Of a DNA stretch of 64,000 nucleotides, positions 56,718-64,000 are shown piece after piece. Made by a program: the position numbers and the translations under genes. The DNA lies in assembly GCA_965221695.1 (NCBI GenBank), contig OZ244905.1:3232001-3296000 (forward strand). Direction: 5' to 3'. Every line of letters begins with the position of its first letter. The first letter of the stretch is position 1. The notes beneath the pieces are model-generated. The model was not told the origin of the DNA. It searched no databases and was given only the letters and a program-made list of their open reading frames with translations. The DNA is from Gammaproteobacteria bacterium. Its GTDB lineage: Bacteria; Pseudomonadota; Gammaproteobacteria; Eutrophobiales; Eutrophobiaceae.

Positions 56718-57689
56718 ATGAATAAACCCAGAGTAATAGTCAGCCGTAAATGGCCGGAAGAAGTTGAAAGCCGGATGCAGCAACTCTTCGACGTACAGTT
56801 GAACGAAACGGACATCCCTATGACGTTTGATCAAATGCAGGCGGCGTTAAAGACCGCCGATGCGTTCTGTCCCACCGTCTCCGATAACGTCAATGCAGAA
56901 GTCCTGTCAGTGGCCGATCTGAATGTGCGGATCATCGGCAGTTATGGCGTTGGCTTCAACCATATCGACCTCGATACGGCGCGTGCGCGCGGCCTGGTGG
57001 TGACCAATACCCCTGAAGTGCTCACCGACTGCACGGCCGACCTCGCGATGACCCTGCTGCTGATGACGGCCCGACGCGCCGGTGAGGGTGAACGGCATGT
57101 GCGCAACCGGGAATGGACCGGCTGGCGCCCCACCCACATGATGGGCGCTAAGGTAACCGGCAAGACCCTGGGACTGATCGGTATGGGGAGAATAGCCAGG
57201 GCCATGGCGCACAGGGCATTTCATGGCTTCGGCATGAAGATCATCTTTACCGATCCTTATCCGCCACCTGGGGAAGTGATCAAATCGTTGCAGGCCGAAG
57301 CTCGCGACAGTGTCGAAGATGTGTTGCGGGAAGCGGACTTTGTTTCCTTGCACTGTCCCGGCGGCAAGGAAACCTATCATTTAATCAACGCTGAGCGGCT
57401 CACGCTGATGAAACCCGGCGCGTTTCTTGTGAACAGCGCGCGCGGCGATGTCATCGACCAGGACGCCCTGATTGCTGCCTTGGAACAGGGATCGATAGCC
57501 GGCGCCGGACTGGACGTATTTGAAGGTGAGCCGGCCGTTCCGGAAAAACTGTTGTCCATGGAGAATGTCGTGCTGTTCCCGCATCTTGGCAGCGCATCCA
57601 GGGAAACCCGAGTGGCCATGGGTATGCGGGTGGTGGACAACCTGCAGGCATTTTTCGACGGCAAGACACCGCGCGATCAGGTTGTGTGA
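56718..57689 (+). CDS. D-2-hydroxyacid dehydrogenase (hydroxypyruvate/glyoxylate reductase, GhrB-type)
   Basis: GVGFNHID, NTPEVL, GMGRIA, NSARG and PHLGSA; likely provides the Hpr step. Confidence 0.88.
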   Translation: MNKPRVIVSRKWPEEVESRMQQLFDVQLNETDIPMTFDQMQAALKTADAFCPTVSDNVNAEVLSVADLNVRIIGSYGVGFNHIDLDTARARGLVVTNTPEVLTDCTADLAMTLLLMTARRAGEGERHVRNREWTGWRPTHMMGAKVTGKTLGLIGMGRIARAMAHRAFHGFGMKIIFTDPYPPPGEVIKSLQAEARDSVEDVLREADFVSLHCPGGKETYHLINAERLTLMKPGAFLVNSARGDVIDQDALIAALEQGSIAGAGLDVFEGEPAVPEKLLSMENVVLFPHLGSASRETRVAMGMRVVDNLQAFFDGKTPRDQVV

Positions 57690-57711
57690 CATACGGGAGA
57701 AGATCATTCCC

Positions 57712-57890
57712 CCGTACCACTCCCGCCCCTGCTCAACGCCATACAGGGGCAGGCTGAAAAGCGGGAGTACAATCTGATACTGTGTCGCTTTGCCACCGAA
57801 CCACTCCCGCGAAAGCGGGAGTCCAGTCTGATATTGTGTCGTCCGGAGGGCGACCCTTTATTCGGCAGGATTCCCATTTGCACGGGTATG
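57712..57890. repeat. REP/BIME-like cluster (CTCCCGC-GAAA-GCGGGAG)
   Basis: Two tandem units plus a degenerate inverted partner GGATTCCC...CGGGTATG. Confidence 0.7.
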
Positions 57891-57951
57891 CATGGGGCGC
57901 AGTCAGTCAGTAAAGTTATACAGTAAATAAAATTGTCCCTTATTTCTGAAA

Positions 57952-60678
57952 ATGTCCGCCTTCAATTTTCCTGAACAGTCCTCGGTTGCCGAACTGGATT
58001 CGGCGGCAGCCAGTTATGCCGGCAACCTTATAGAACTGCTGGCGCAGCAGTTGCGCCAGGTCATCAGTCAGAGAAAACCGGAAATTCTCCCTGTCTTCGA
58101 CGGGAAACAGACCCTCCCCAGGGATGATAACGAGTTGTTGCTGGCAGGTTTGCAGGCCTGGGGTATCTGGTTCCAACTCCTCAATATCGCCGAGGAAAAC
58201 GCGGCGATGCGCCGGCGCCGGGTCACTGAGAACATGCAGGGACTGGAACATGTTCCTGGCACGTTCGCCAATGTGATCGCGCAGGCCGCGAGCATGGGAC
58301 TGTCCGAACACGAAGTCCAGGCGTTGCTGAACAATATGAAAGTAACGCCGACCATTACCGCGCATCCCACCGAGGCAAAACGCGTTACCGTCCTGCAGAT
58401 ACACCGGCGCATCTACGTTATCCTGTATCGCCTGGAAGCCACGCGCTGGACAACCCGCGAGCGCGAGTCACTGGAAGCGCAACTGCGTAATGAAATTGAC
58501 CTGCTATGGTTGACCGGTGAGTTGCGCCTGGAGAAGCCGTCGGTCTCCCAGGAGATCAGGTGGGGCCTGCATTTCTTTGAACAGACCTTGTACGAGCGCG
58601 TGCCGGAGACCCTGGAACGGCTGGACCTGGCTTTGTCCGGGCATTATCCGGGCAAGACCTTCACGGTTCCGCCGCTGTTCCGCTTCGGCACCTGGATAGG
58701 CGGGGACCGGGACGGCAACCCCTTCGTCAACAATTCCGTTACCCGCGAGGCCTTGTCATTGAACCGGCAAGCAGTGTTGCTGCAATATCGAAAGCAACTG
58801 GAACAACTGTTCCAGAATATCAGCGTCTCGATCCACGCGATAAACGCCCCTGACGTATTTCTGCAACGCCTCGACAGCATGCTGGATACCAGCGGTCTGA
58901 GAAAAAACCTGGAAAAACGCAACCCGGGAGAGATCTACCGCCAGTTTATCGCCTGCATGCAGGAAAAGATAAAGAACACCGAGAAGAAAAGTACGCTCAG
59001 CAGTTTTGTCTATGATACGGCCGATCGCTACATCCAGGATTTGAAAATCCTCGAACAAGGGTTGCAACAGGCGGACTGTGCGCAACTCGCGAGCGCGCAG
59101 GTAACGCCATTGCGGCGCCAGGCGGAGGCGTTCCGGTTCTGTACCGCGCGGCTCGATGTCAGGGAAAACTCCACGGTCATCACCGGCGCCTTGCAAGACA
59201 TCTGGCGCTTGCGTAACGGACAGGAGACTCCGCCCGAACCGGATACCGACGCCTGGCTTGACTGGATACACGCGGAATTGTCGACGCCGTTCGAGCAACT
59301 GCCGCATTTTGCTTTCAAAGACCGGCAAAGCGCGACGACTTTCGGCCTGTTCCAGTTGATCGCGGAGACCCGCAATACCCTGGACCGGGAGGCCGTGGGC
59401 GGCTTCATCCTGAGCATGACCCGTTCTGTGGCGGATGTTCTGGGTGTCTACCTGCTGGCCAAGTACGCCGGCGTGTTTATCGACAGCCAGGCGGTGGAAC
59501 TCTCCACGTTGCCGGTGATTCCGTTGTTCGAGACCATTGAAGACTTGCGCGCTGCCCCCCGGATCATGCAGGCCTTGTTAAAGACACCGGTCGTGCGGCG
59601 CAGCGTCAGGGAACAGGGCGGTATCCAGGAAGTCATGATCGGTTATTCGGATTCCAACAAGGACGGCGGATTTCTGACTGCCAACTACGAATTGAACCGC
59701 GCCCAGGTGGAACTGACCCGGATCGGCGAAAAGTGCAAGATTCCGATCGTGTTTTTCCACGGCAGGGGTGGCTCGGTCAGCCGCGGTGGTGGCCCCAGCG
59801 GGAACGCCATTGCCGCGCAACCCGCGGGTACAGTGAACGGTAAACTGCGGATCACCGAGCAGGGCGAAGTCGTATCCTCCAAGTACGCGAATCACGGCAC
59901 TGCGCAATACGAGATGGAACTGCTCGCGGCCAGCGTCATGGAACATACGTTGAACTCCATGGACGCACAGCGGCTCAAACACCCGTCTGAATACGAGCAG
60001 GCCATGGACGCGCTGTCCAGTCTGGCATACACCGCGTATCGCGGCCTGGTCGAGGAAGTCCGCTTGGTCGATTACTATCATGCGGCAAGCCCGGTGCAGG
60101 AACTGGGCAAAATGCGCATTGGTTCGCGCCCGTCCCGGCGCTTCGGCGCCGGCACGCTTGACGACCTGCGGGCGATACCCTGGGTGTTCGCATGGACCCA
60201 GAACCGCCACCATGTGCCGACCTGGTACGGACTGGGCAGCGCGGTGGAAAACTTTGTCAAGGTCCGGGGACAGGAAGGAGTGAAACTGTTACGTGAGATG
60301 TACGCAAACTGGCGCCTGTTTGGGCTGATCATCGACGAGGTGGAAAAATCCCTGGCTTTTGTGGATGCCGAGGTGATGCGCAGCTATGCCGGTCTGCTGA
60401 ATGACGCGGAAACCAGGGATAAATTTCATCTGAAGATTATCAGCGAGTACGAACTGTCCGTGGAAAAAATCCTGCTACTCACCGGCGAATCAAAACTGGC
60501 TGAACGCTTTCCCCGCTTCAGCCGCAAGCTCGATCGGCGCGGCGATATTCTCAAACAAGTCGGCCTGGCCCAGGTGGAACTGGTGAAACGCTACCGCGAA
60601 CAGGACAAACAGGAAGACCTGGTCGCACTGCTGCTGTCCATCAACTGCGTCAGCGCCGGCCTGGGCTGGACCGGGTGA
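57952..60678 (+). CDS. ppc: Phosphoenolpyruvate carboxylase
   Basis: [40 protein letters not shown] and RAIPWVFAW. Confidence 0.96.
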   Translation: MSAFNFPEQSSVAELDSAAASYAGNLIELLAQQLRQVISQRKPEILPVFDGKQTLPRDDNELLLAGLQAWGIWFQLLNIAEENAAMRRRRVTENMQGLEHVPGTFANVIAQAASMGLSEHEVQALLNNMKVTPTITAHPTEAKRVTVLQIHRRIYVILYRLEATRWTTRERESLEAQLRNEIDLLWLTGELRLEKPSVSQEIRWGLHFFEQTLYERVPETLERLDLALSGHYPGKTFTVPPLFRFGTWIGGDRDGNPFVNNSVTREALSLNRQAVLLQYRKQLEQLFQNISVSIHAINAPDVFLQRLDSMLDTSGLRKNLEKRNPGEIYRQFIACMQEKIKNTEKKSTLSSFVYDTADRYIQDLKILEQGLQQADCAQLASAQVTPLRRQAEAFRFCTARLDVRENSTVITGALQDIWRLRNGQETPPEPDTDAWLDWIHAELSTPFEQLPHFAFKDRQSATTFGLFQLIAETRNTLDREAVGGFILSMTRSVADVLGVYLLAKYAGVFIDSQAVELSTLPVIPLFETIEDLRAAPRIMQALLKTPVVRRSVREQGGIQEVMIGYSDSNKDGGFLTANYELNRAQVELTRIGEKCKIPIVFFHGRGGSVSRGGGPSGNAIAAQPAGTVNGKLRITEQGEVVSSKYANHGTAQYEMELLAASVMEHTLNSMDAQRLKHPSEYEQAMDALSSLAYTAYRGLVEEVRLVDYYHAASPVQELGKMRIGSRPSRRFGAGTLDDLRAIPWVFAWTQNRHHVPTWYGLGSAVENFVKVRGQEGVKLLREMYANWRLFGLIIDEVEKSLAFVDAEVMRSYAGLLNDAETRDKFHLKIISEYELSVEKILLLTGESKLAERFPRFSRKLDRRGDILKQVGLAQVELVKRYREQDKQEDLVALLLSINCVSAGLGWTG

Positions 60679-60704
60679 CGCAGACAGCGCCAAAAAACCT
60701 CGGC

Positions 60705-60974
60705 ATGACTGTCAAATTTTCCGAGGATTTGGTTCCACTAACTGACCTGAAACTGAATCCCTCTCGTGTGGTGAAACATACGGCAGCGGTGCATAGGCCT
60801 GTTTTGCTTACCAGTCGTGGCCGGGGCGTGGCCGTTGTCCAATCGCTGGGCGATTACGAGAAGGCGGAAGAGGAGCGGCAGTTCATGCGAGCGGTAGTCA
60901 TCGGAATGTCGGACCTGGATGAAGGTCGGGAGGTGTCCCTTGACGATGCCAGGATAAGGTTGGGGCTGAAATAG
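60705..60974 (+). CDS. Phd/YefM-family antitoxin
   Basis: FSEDLVPLTDLK...RPVLLTSRGRGVAVVQS..DYE. Confidence 0.85.
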   Translation: MTVKFSEDLVPLTDLKLNPSRVVKHTAAVHRPVLLTSRGRGVAVVQSLGDYEKAEEERQFMRAVVIGMSDLDEGREVSLDDARIRLGLK

Positions 60975-60988
60975 CGTCGTACCCCAGC

Positions 60989-61066
60989 AGGATCGTCCGC
61001 GTCTGGCGTAGCGAACGCTTGCTGCGTCTTCCCAAAAACGGTGACGAAGGATTGTCAAAGACGTGA
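60989..61066 (+). pseudogene. C-terminal remnant of a RelE/ParE-type toxin
   Basis: Reads RIVRVWRSERLLRLP..., with no start codon, right after the antitoxin. Confidence 0.6.
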
Positions 61067-61089
61067 GAATGGATTCTCTGTAACTCATC

Positions 61090-61126
61090 TAAGGAGCTTC
61101 TGGGAGATTATGTCAGAGCTTCCCTA
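61090..61126. repeat. Palindromic core copy of the MITE-like family
   Basis: TAAGGAGCTTCTG...TCAGAGCTTCCCTA. Confidence 0.65.
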
Positions 61127-61199
61127 AATTGTAGCAAAACTGGTATCGCCCATGTCCGATGCAAGAGTGACAGGAAAAATAAAACAGATAAGGTTTTTC

Positions 61200-62045
61200 T
61201 CATAACCTCTCAAGCAAGCGTTCTGTTAAATTCAAAAAGCTGTTCAGTGTTCGGGTAAAATGGCTGATCAACAGTTCTTCCAGGACGCCACTTGCCAGGA
61301 TATACGTTGTTCGCAGGTCATTGCTGCTCTTTTGTTTTACCAGCATACCCCGGCTGACCGCCAGTGAGACACGTTTTTCCCTGGTCCTGTTCGAGCCGAT
61401 TCGCATACATTGACACACTTCACTTATGGTTAGTGGTTGTCCTTTCCAACAACCGAGCAGGCAGTATACGAACGGATACCAATATTCTTCGGTATGAAAG
61501 CGCTTGCTGAATGTATTGTTCCAGTCGTTGGTGTAATCTATCAGGTATTCCGACCACGGCAACAGGAATTGCTTATCCGCGTCTGGATTATCAGATGAGA
61601 TTCGGTCCAGTAAGGGTTTGATGTCGGAAGCAAGCAGTTGCGCATCAACGAGAAACCGAATAGCCTGCCCCAGGCTATTACTGAAATGTTTGCGTCCACC
61701 CACCAACATTTCCATGGTCGGTTCAAGATAAGTCCTGCGTAAGTCGGTCTGTTTTTTTATCTTGATGAACATGTGTTCGGCGATGAGTTTCTTGAGTCGG
61801 TTCTCCCGGGTTTTGGATGAACCGGTCTTCATGGAATCACAGGCTTCGCTTATGCTAAGAGGGGTTTGCCGCCAGTGATAAGCCAGTGTGATCGTGAACA
61901 AGTACCAATATTCCTGAGAGAAGTAGTCCTTACCGATATCGTCAAGCCAACTTTGTCCGTACTTCTCCATAGAATTAATCCATTTCGTTAATACCTCCCG
62001 ATTTAACTCGGAGGCAGCTTCGGATAGTAGGCTGGCGCCTGGCAT
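61200..62045 (-). CDS. Protein with two tandem winged-helix (MarR-like) repeats
   Basis: EYWY...PL.ISE.C..M..GS..TRE.R...K...DLR.TY occurs twice; start uncertain (62045 or 62078). Confidence 0.7.
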   Translation of the reverse strand: MPGASLLSEAASELNREVLTKWINSMEKYGQSWLDDIGKDYFSQEYWYLFTITLAYHWRQTPLSISEACDSMKTGSSKTRENRLKKLIAEHMFIKIKKQTDLRRTYLEPTMEMLVGGRKHFSNSLGQAIRFLVDAQLLASDIKPLLDRISSDNPDADKQFLLPWSEYLIDYTNDWNNTFSKRFHTEEYWYPFVYCLLGCWKGQPLTISEVCQCMRIGSNRTREKRVSLAVSRGMLVKQKSSNDLRTTYILASGVLEELLISHFTRTLNSFLNLTERLLERL

Positions 62046-62216
62046 TCTGTTCTGATAAACGATCTGTGTAATCTGCAAAGTATACTACAAGGTCAAAATT
62101 CGTGTGGTTAAAGGTTAAGGGCTGATAGATAGAATAGTTTCCGCAGTTTTTACAGGAAATATTTTCTATTGATAAGGCAGGGGACATCTCTAGAATTTTC
62201 TTACACCATTTAATTC

Positions 62217-62251
62217 TTAAGGAACCTCTTATTCAGTCAGAGATTCCTTAA
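62217..62251. repeat. Palindromic core copy of the MITE-like family
   Basis: TTAAGGAACCTCT-N9-AGAGATTCCTTAA. Confidence 0.7.
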
Positions 62252-62312
62252 CGTCAAGATTTGAATGCATGACAACAGCTATGACTGATCACTATATCAG
62301 TGGAGAGTGAGC

Positions 62313-64000
62313 ATGAGAAAAGTATTGAGTTCTATTTTGTCCGTCTGTGTCTTATCGGCGCCTGTCGCCTCAGAAGTAACAGCAGACGGGTTGATTGAAG
62401 AGGTGGTCGTCACCGCGCGCAAGCGTGAGGAGCGCATTATGGATACGCCACTTTCCGTCAGCGCGCTGTCCACGGCTGATCTGAACCGTTTTCAAGTTGA
62501 TGACCTGGGAGATATACAGAATATTGTCCCTAACCTGAGCTTGAATATGGGTGACGCATCGAATGCGGTGATTTATATCCGCGGGGTGGGACAGAGAGAT
62601 TCCCTGTCCTTTGCCGACCCGGGAGTTGGGGTGTACCTTGACGATGTGTACATGGGGCGGGCGCAGGGCTCGTTTTTGGATGTCATCGATGTTGAGCGTA
62701 TTGAGGTCTTGCGCGGACCGCAGGGTACGTTATACGGACGCAACACGATCGGAGGCGCCATCAAATATGTCTCTGCAGCGCCGACAGACACTCCTTTTCT
62801 TGAACTGGAAGCAGCAGTCGGCAATTACGATGAATACAAGCTGAAAGCAACCTGGAGCGGTCCTGTTGACGATGCCGGCAACCTGCTGGCGCGCCTGTCT
62901 CTTGCCTACCTTACCCATGATGGATATAACGATAATACCTTTAGCGCGGCCGGGGATGATACTGATGGAGACAAGCAGACATTCGCAGGACGTATGCATC
63001 TGCAGTATTCACCGCACGAGGACCTGAGTTTCAACCTGACCCTGGATCACTCAGTCAACGACCCGGAGCGTTCTGTCACCCCGGCCAGGGTGACCAACGG
63101 GCCGACCCTGGTTCAGAATACGGCGGGTTTTCAGCAAACCACTGACCCCTTCAGCGTCGAGGCAAATTTCAACGATGTCGAGCAACTGAAAGTGCAAGGT
63201 ATCGGTCTTACTGTGGATTATCAGGTCACGGATGCGCTGCAACTAAAATCCATTACCTCGTTCCGACAACTGGAACATGAAACACATATCGATCTTGACG
63301 GCACCGGGTTTGAGATTTTCGGTGTTTTTGTTGACCAGGACCAGGAACAGTTCAGCGAAGAATTGCAACTGTCATATGATGCCGGCGGCGCCATTAAGGC
63401 CTTGGCCGGGGTCTATTATTTTTCCGAGGATGATGTCACGCCTGACGGGATTAGCAATACCGAGCCAATCGATTTGACCGCCGGCGCCGGCCTGTTTTAT
63501 TCTCCTTACGGGACGGTCAGTGAAAACGATCAGTCAGTGGAGGCGGTTGCCGTCTTTGGTGAAGTATCCTGGTTTGTCACCAGTGCGTTGGAGCTTACCG
63601 TGGGAGCGCGTTACACACATGAGTCAAAAGACCTGAAACGCAAGGCTTGCCAGGCATTTGGAGCGCTGGGGATGGTTTTGCCGGGCATAGACGATTGCAA
63701 CCCAGCCGCGGGAGCTGCAAATCCGTTTGCGCTAAATATCGATTTGGATGAAGATTTCAGCAAGGTCACGCCCAAAGTGGGCATCAGCTACAACTTCAGT
63801 GAGGCGGGCTTGGCCTATTTCACTTATTCCCGAGGGTTCAAGAGCGGCGGGTTTGATGGTCGTATCGGATACAATGGCGCTAGTGATGACAGCGCAGTTA
63901 CCACCCAGGCGCTGCCGTATGATCCTGAAATTGCAGACACCTTTGAAATCGGCTGGAAATCGAGTCTTGCGGACGGGAAATTGCGTCTCAGCGCCGCTGC
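62313..64000 (+). CDS. TonB-dependent receptor, 3'-partial (absent from the ORF track)
   Basis: MRKVLSSILSVCVLSAP signal peptide, IEEVVVTARKREE, EVLRGPQGTLYGRN and YSRGFKSGG; frame appears open to the window end. Confidence 0.93.
   Translation, partial: MRKVLSSILSVCVLSAPVASEVTADGLIEEVVVTARKREERIMDTPLSVSALSTADLNRFQVDDLGDIQNIVPNLSLNMGDASNAVIYIRGVGQRDSLSFADPGVGVYLDDVYMGRAQGSFLDVIDVERIEVLRGPQGTLYGRNTIGGAIKYVSAAPTDTPFLELEAAVGNYDEYKLKATWSGPVDDAGNLLARLSLAYLTHDGYNDNTFSAAGDDTDGDKQTFAGRMHLQYSPHEDLSFNLTLDHSVNDPERSVTPARVTNGPTLVQNTAGFQQTTDPFSVEANFNDVEQLKVQGIGLTVDYQVTDALQLKSITSFRQLEHETHIDLDGTGFEIFGVFVDQDQEQFSEELQLSYDAGGAIKALAGVYYFSEDDVTPDGISNTEPIDLTAGAGLFYSPYGTVSENDQSVEAVAVFGEVSWFVTSALELTVGARYTHESKDLKRKACQAFGALGMVLPGIDDCNPAAGAANPFALNIDLDEDFSKVTPKVGISYNFSEAGLAYFTYSRGFKSGGFDGRIGYNGASDDSAVTTQALPYDPEIADTFEIGWKSSLADGKLRLSAA

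Noticed and set aside
224-63477. Many overlapping or antisense ORFs in the track (e.g. 27390-28355, 29481-30305, 55763-56815, 62573-63477)
   Set aside because: They are shadows of well-supported genes in a GC-rich genome and have no recognisable motifs.

Overview
A gene-dense, catabolism-rich bacterial segment of about 55% GC. It most likely comes from a gammaproteobacterium; the RTX/PPC protein, TPR-sulfotransferase, DUF1640-like minigenes and eroded toxin-antitoxin (TA) loci hint at a marine or host-associated lifestyle (inference). In order: (1) an RND efflux pair; (2) an acyl-CoA dehydrogenase / APH-kinase / SDR module split by an RTX gene; (3) a FecI-FecR-TonB-receptor cell-surface-signalling cassette leading a nucleoside-type operon (udp-like, tsgA-like, deaminase), whose receptor has an out-of-frame internal deletion and where an identical ECF promoter motif precedes both the sigma and receptor genes; (4) decayed TA loci; (5) a ~32 kb catabolic island with no regulator gene, holding three ThDP enzymes (one benzaldehyde-lyase-like), twin unusual Zn-dehydrogenases, twin SDRs, two Ldh_2 enzymes, EutD/EutA/DoeD-like ectoine-type enzymes, an alkylsulfatase and a sphingosine-1-phosphate-lyase-like enzyme; (6) a serine-cycle cluster (sgaA-mcl-mtkAB-hpr-ppc); (7) a tandem winged-helix protein divergent from a TonB receptor that runs off the end. 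The most striking non-coding signal is a dispersed palindromic MITE-like family with ends TAAGGAACCTCTGA...TCAGAGGTTCCTTA. Its full copy is five back-to-back hairpins, carries a perfect CsrA SELEX site on one strand, starts right behind a sigma70 promoter, and shows compensatory stem changes between copies. No rRNA, tRNA, CRISPR array or transposase was seen. All calls rest on motif recognition by eye, without database searches.
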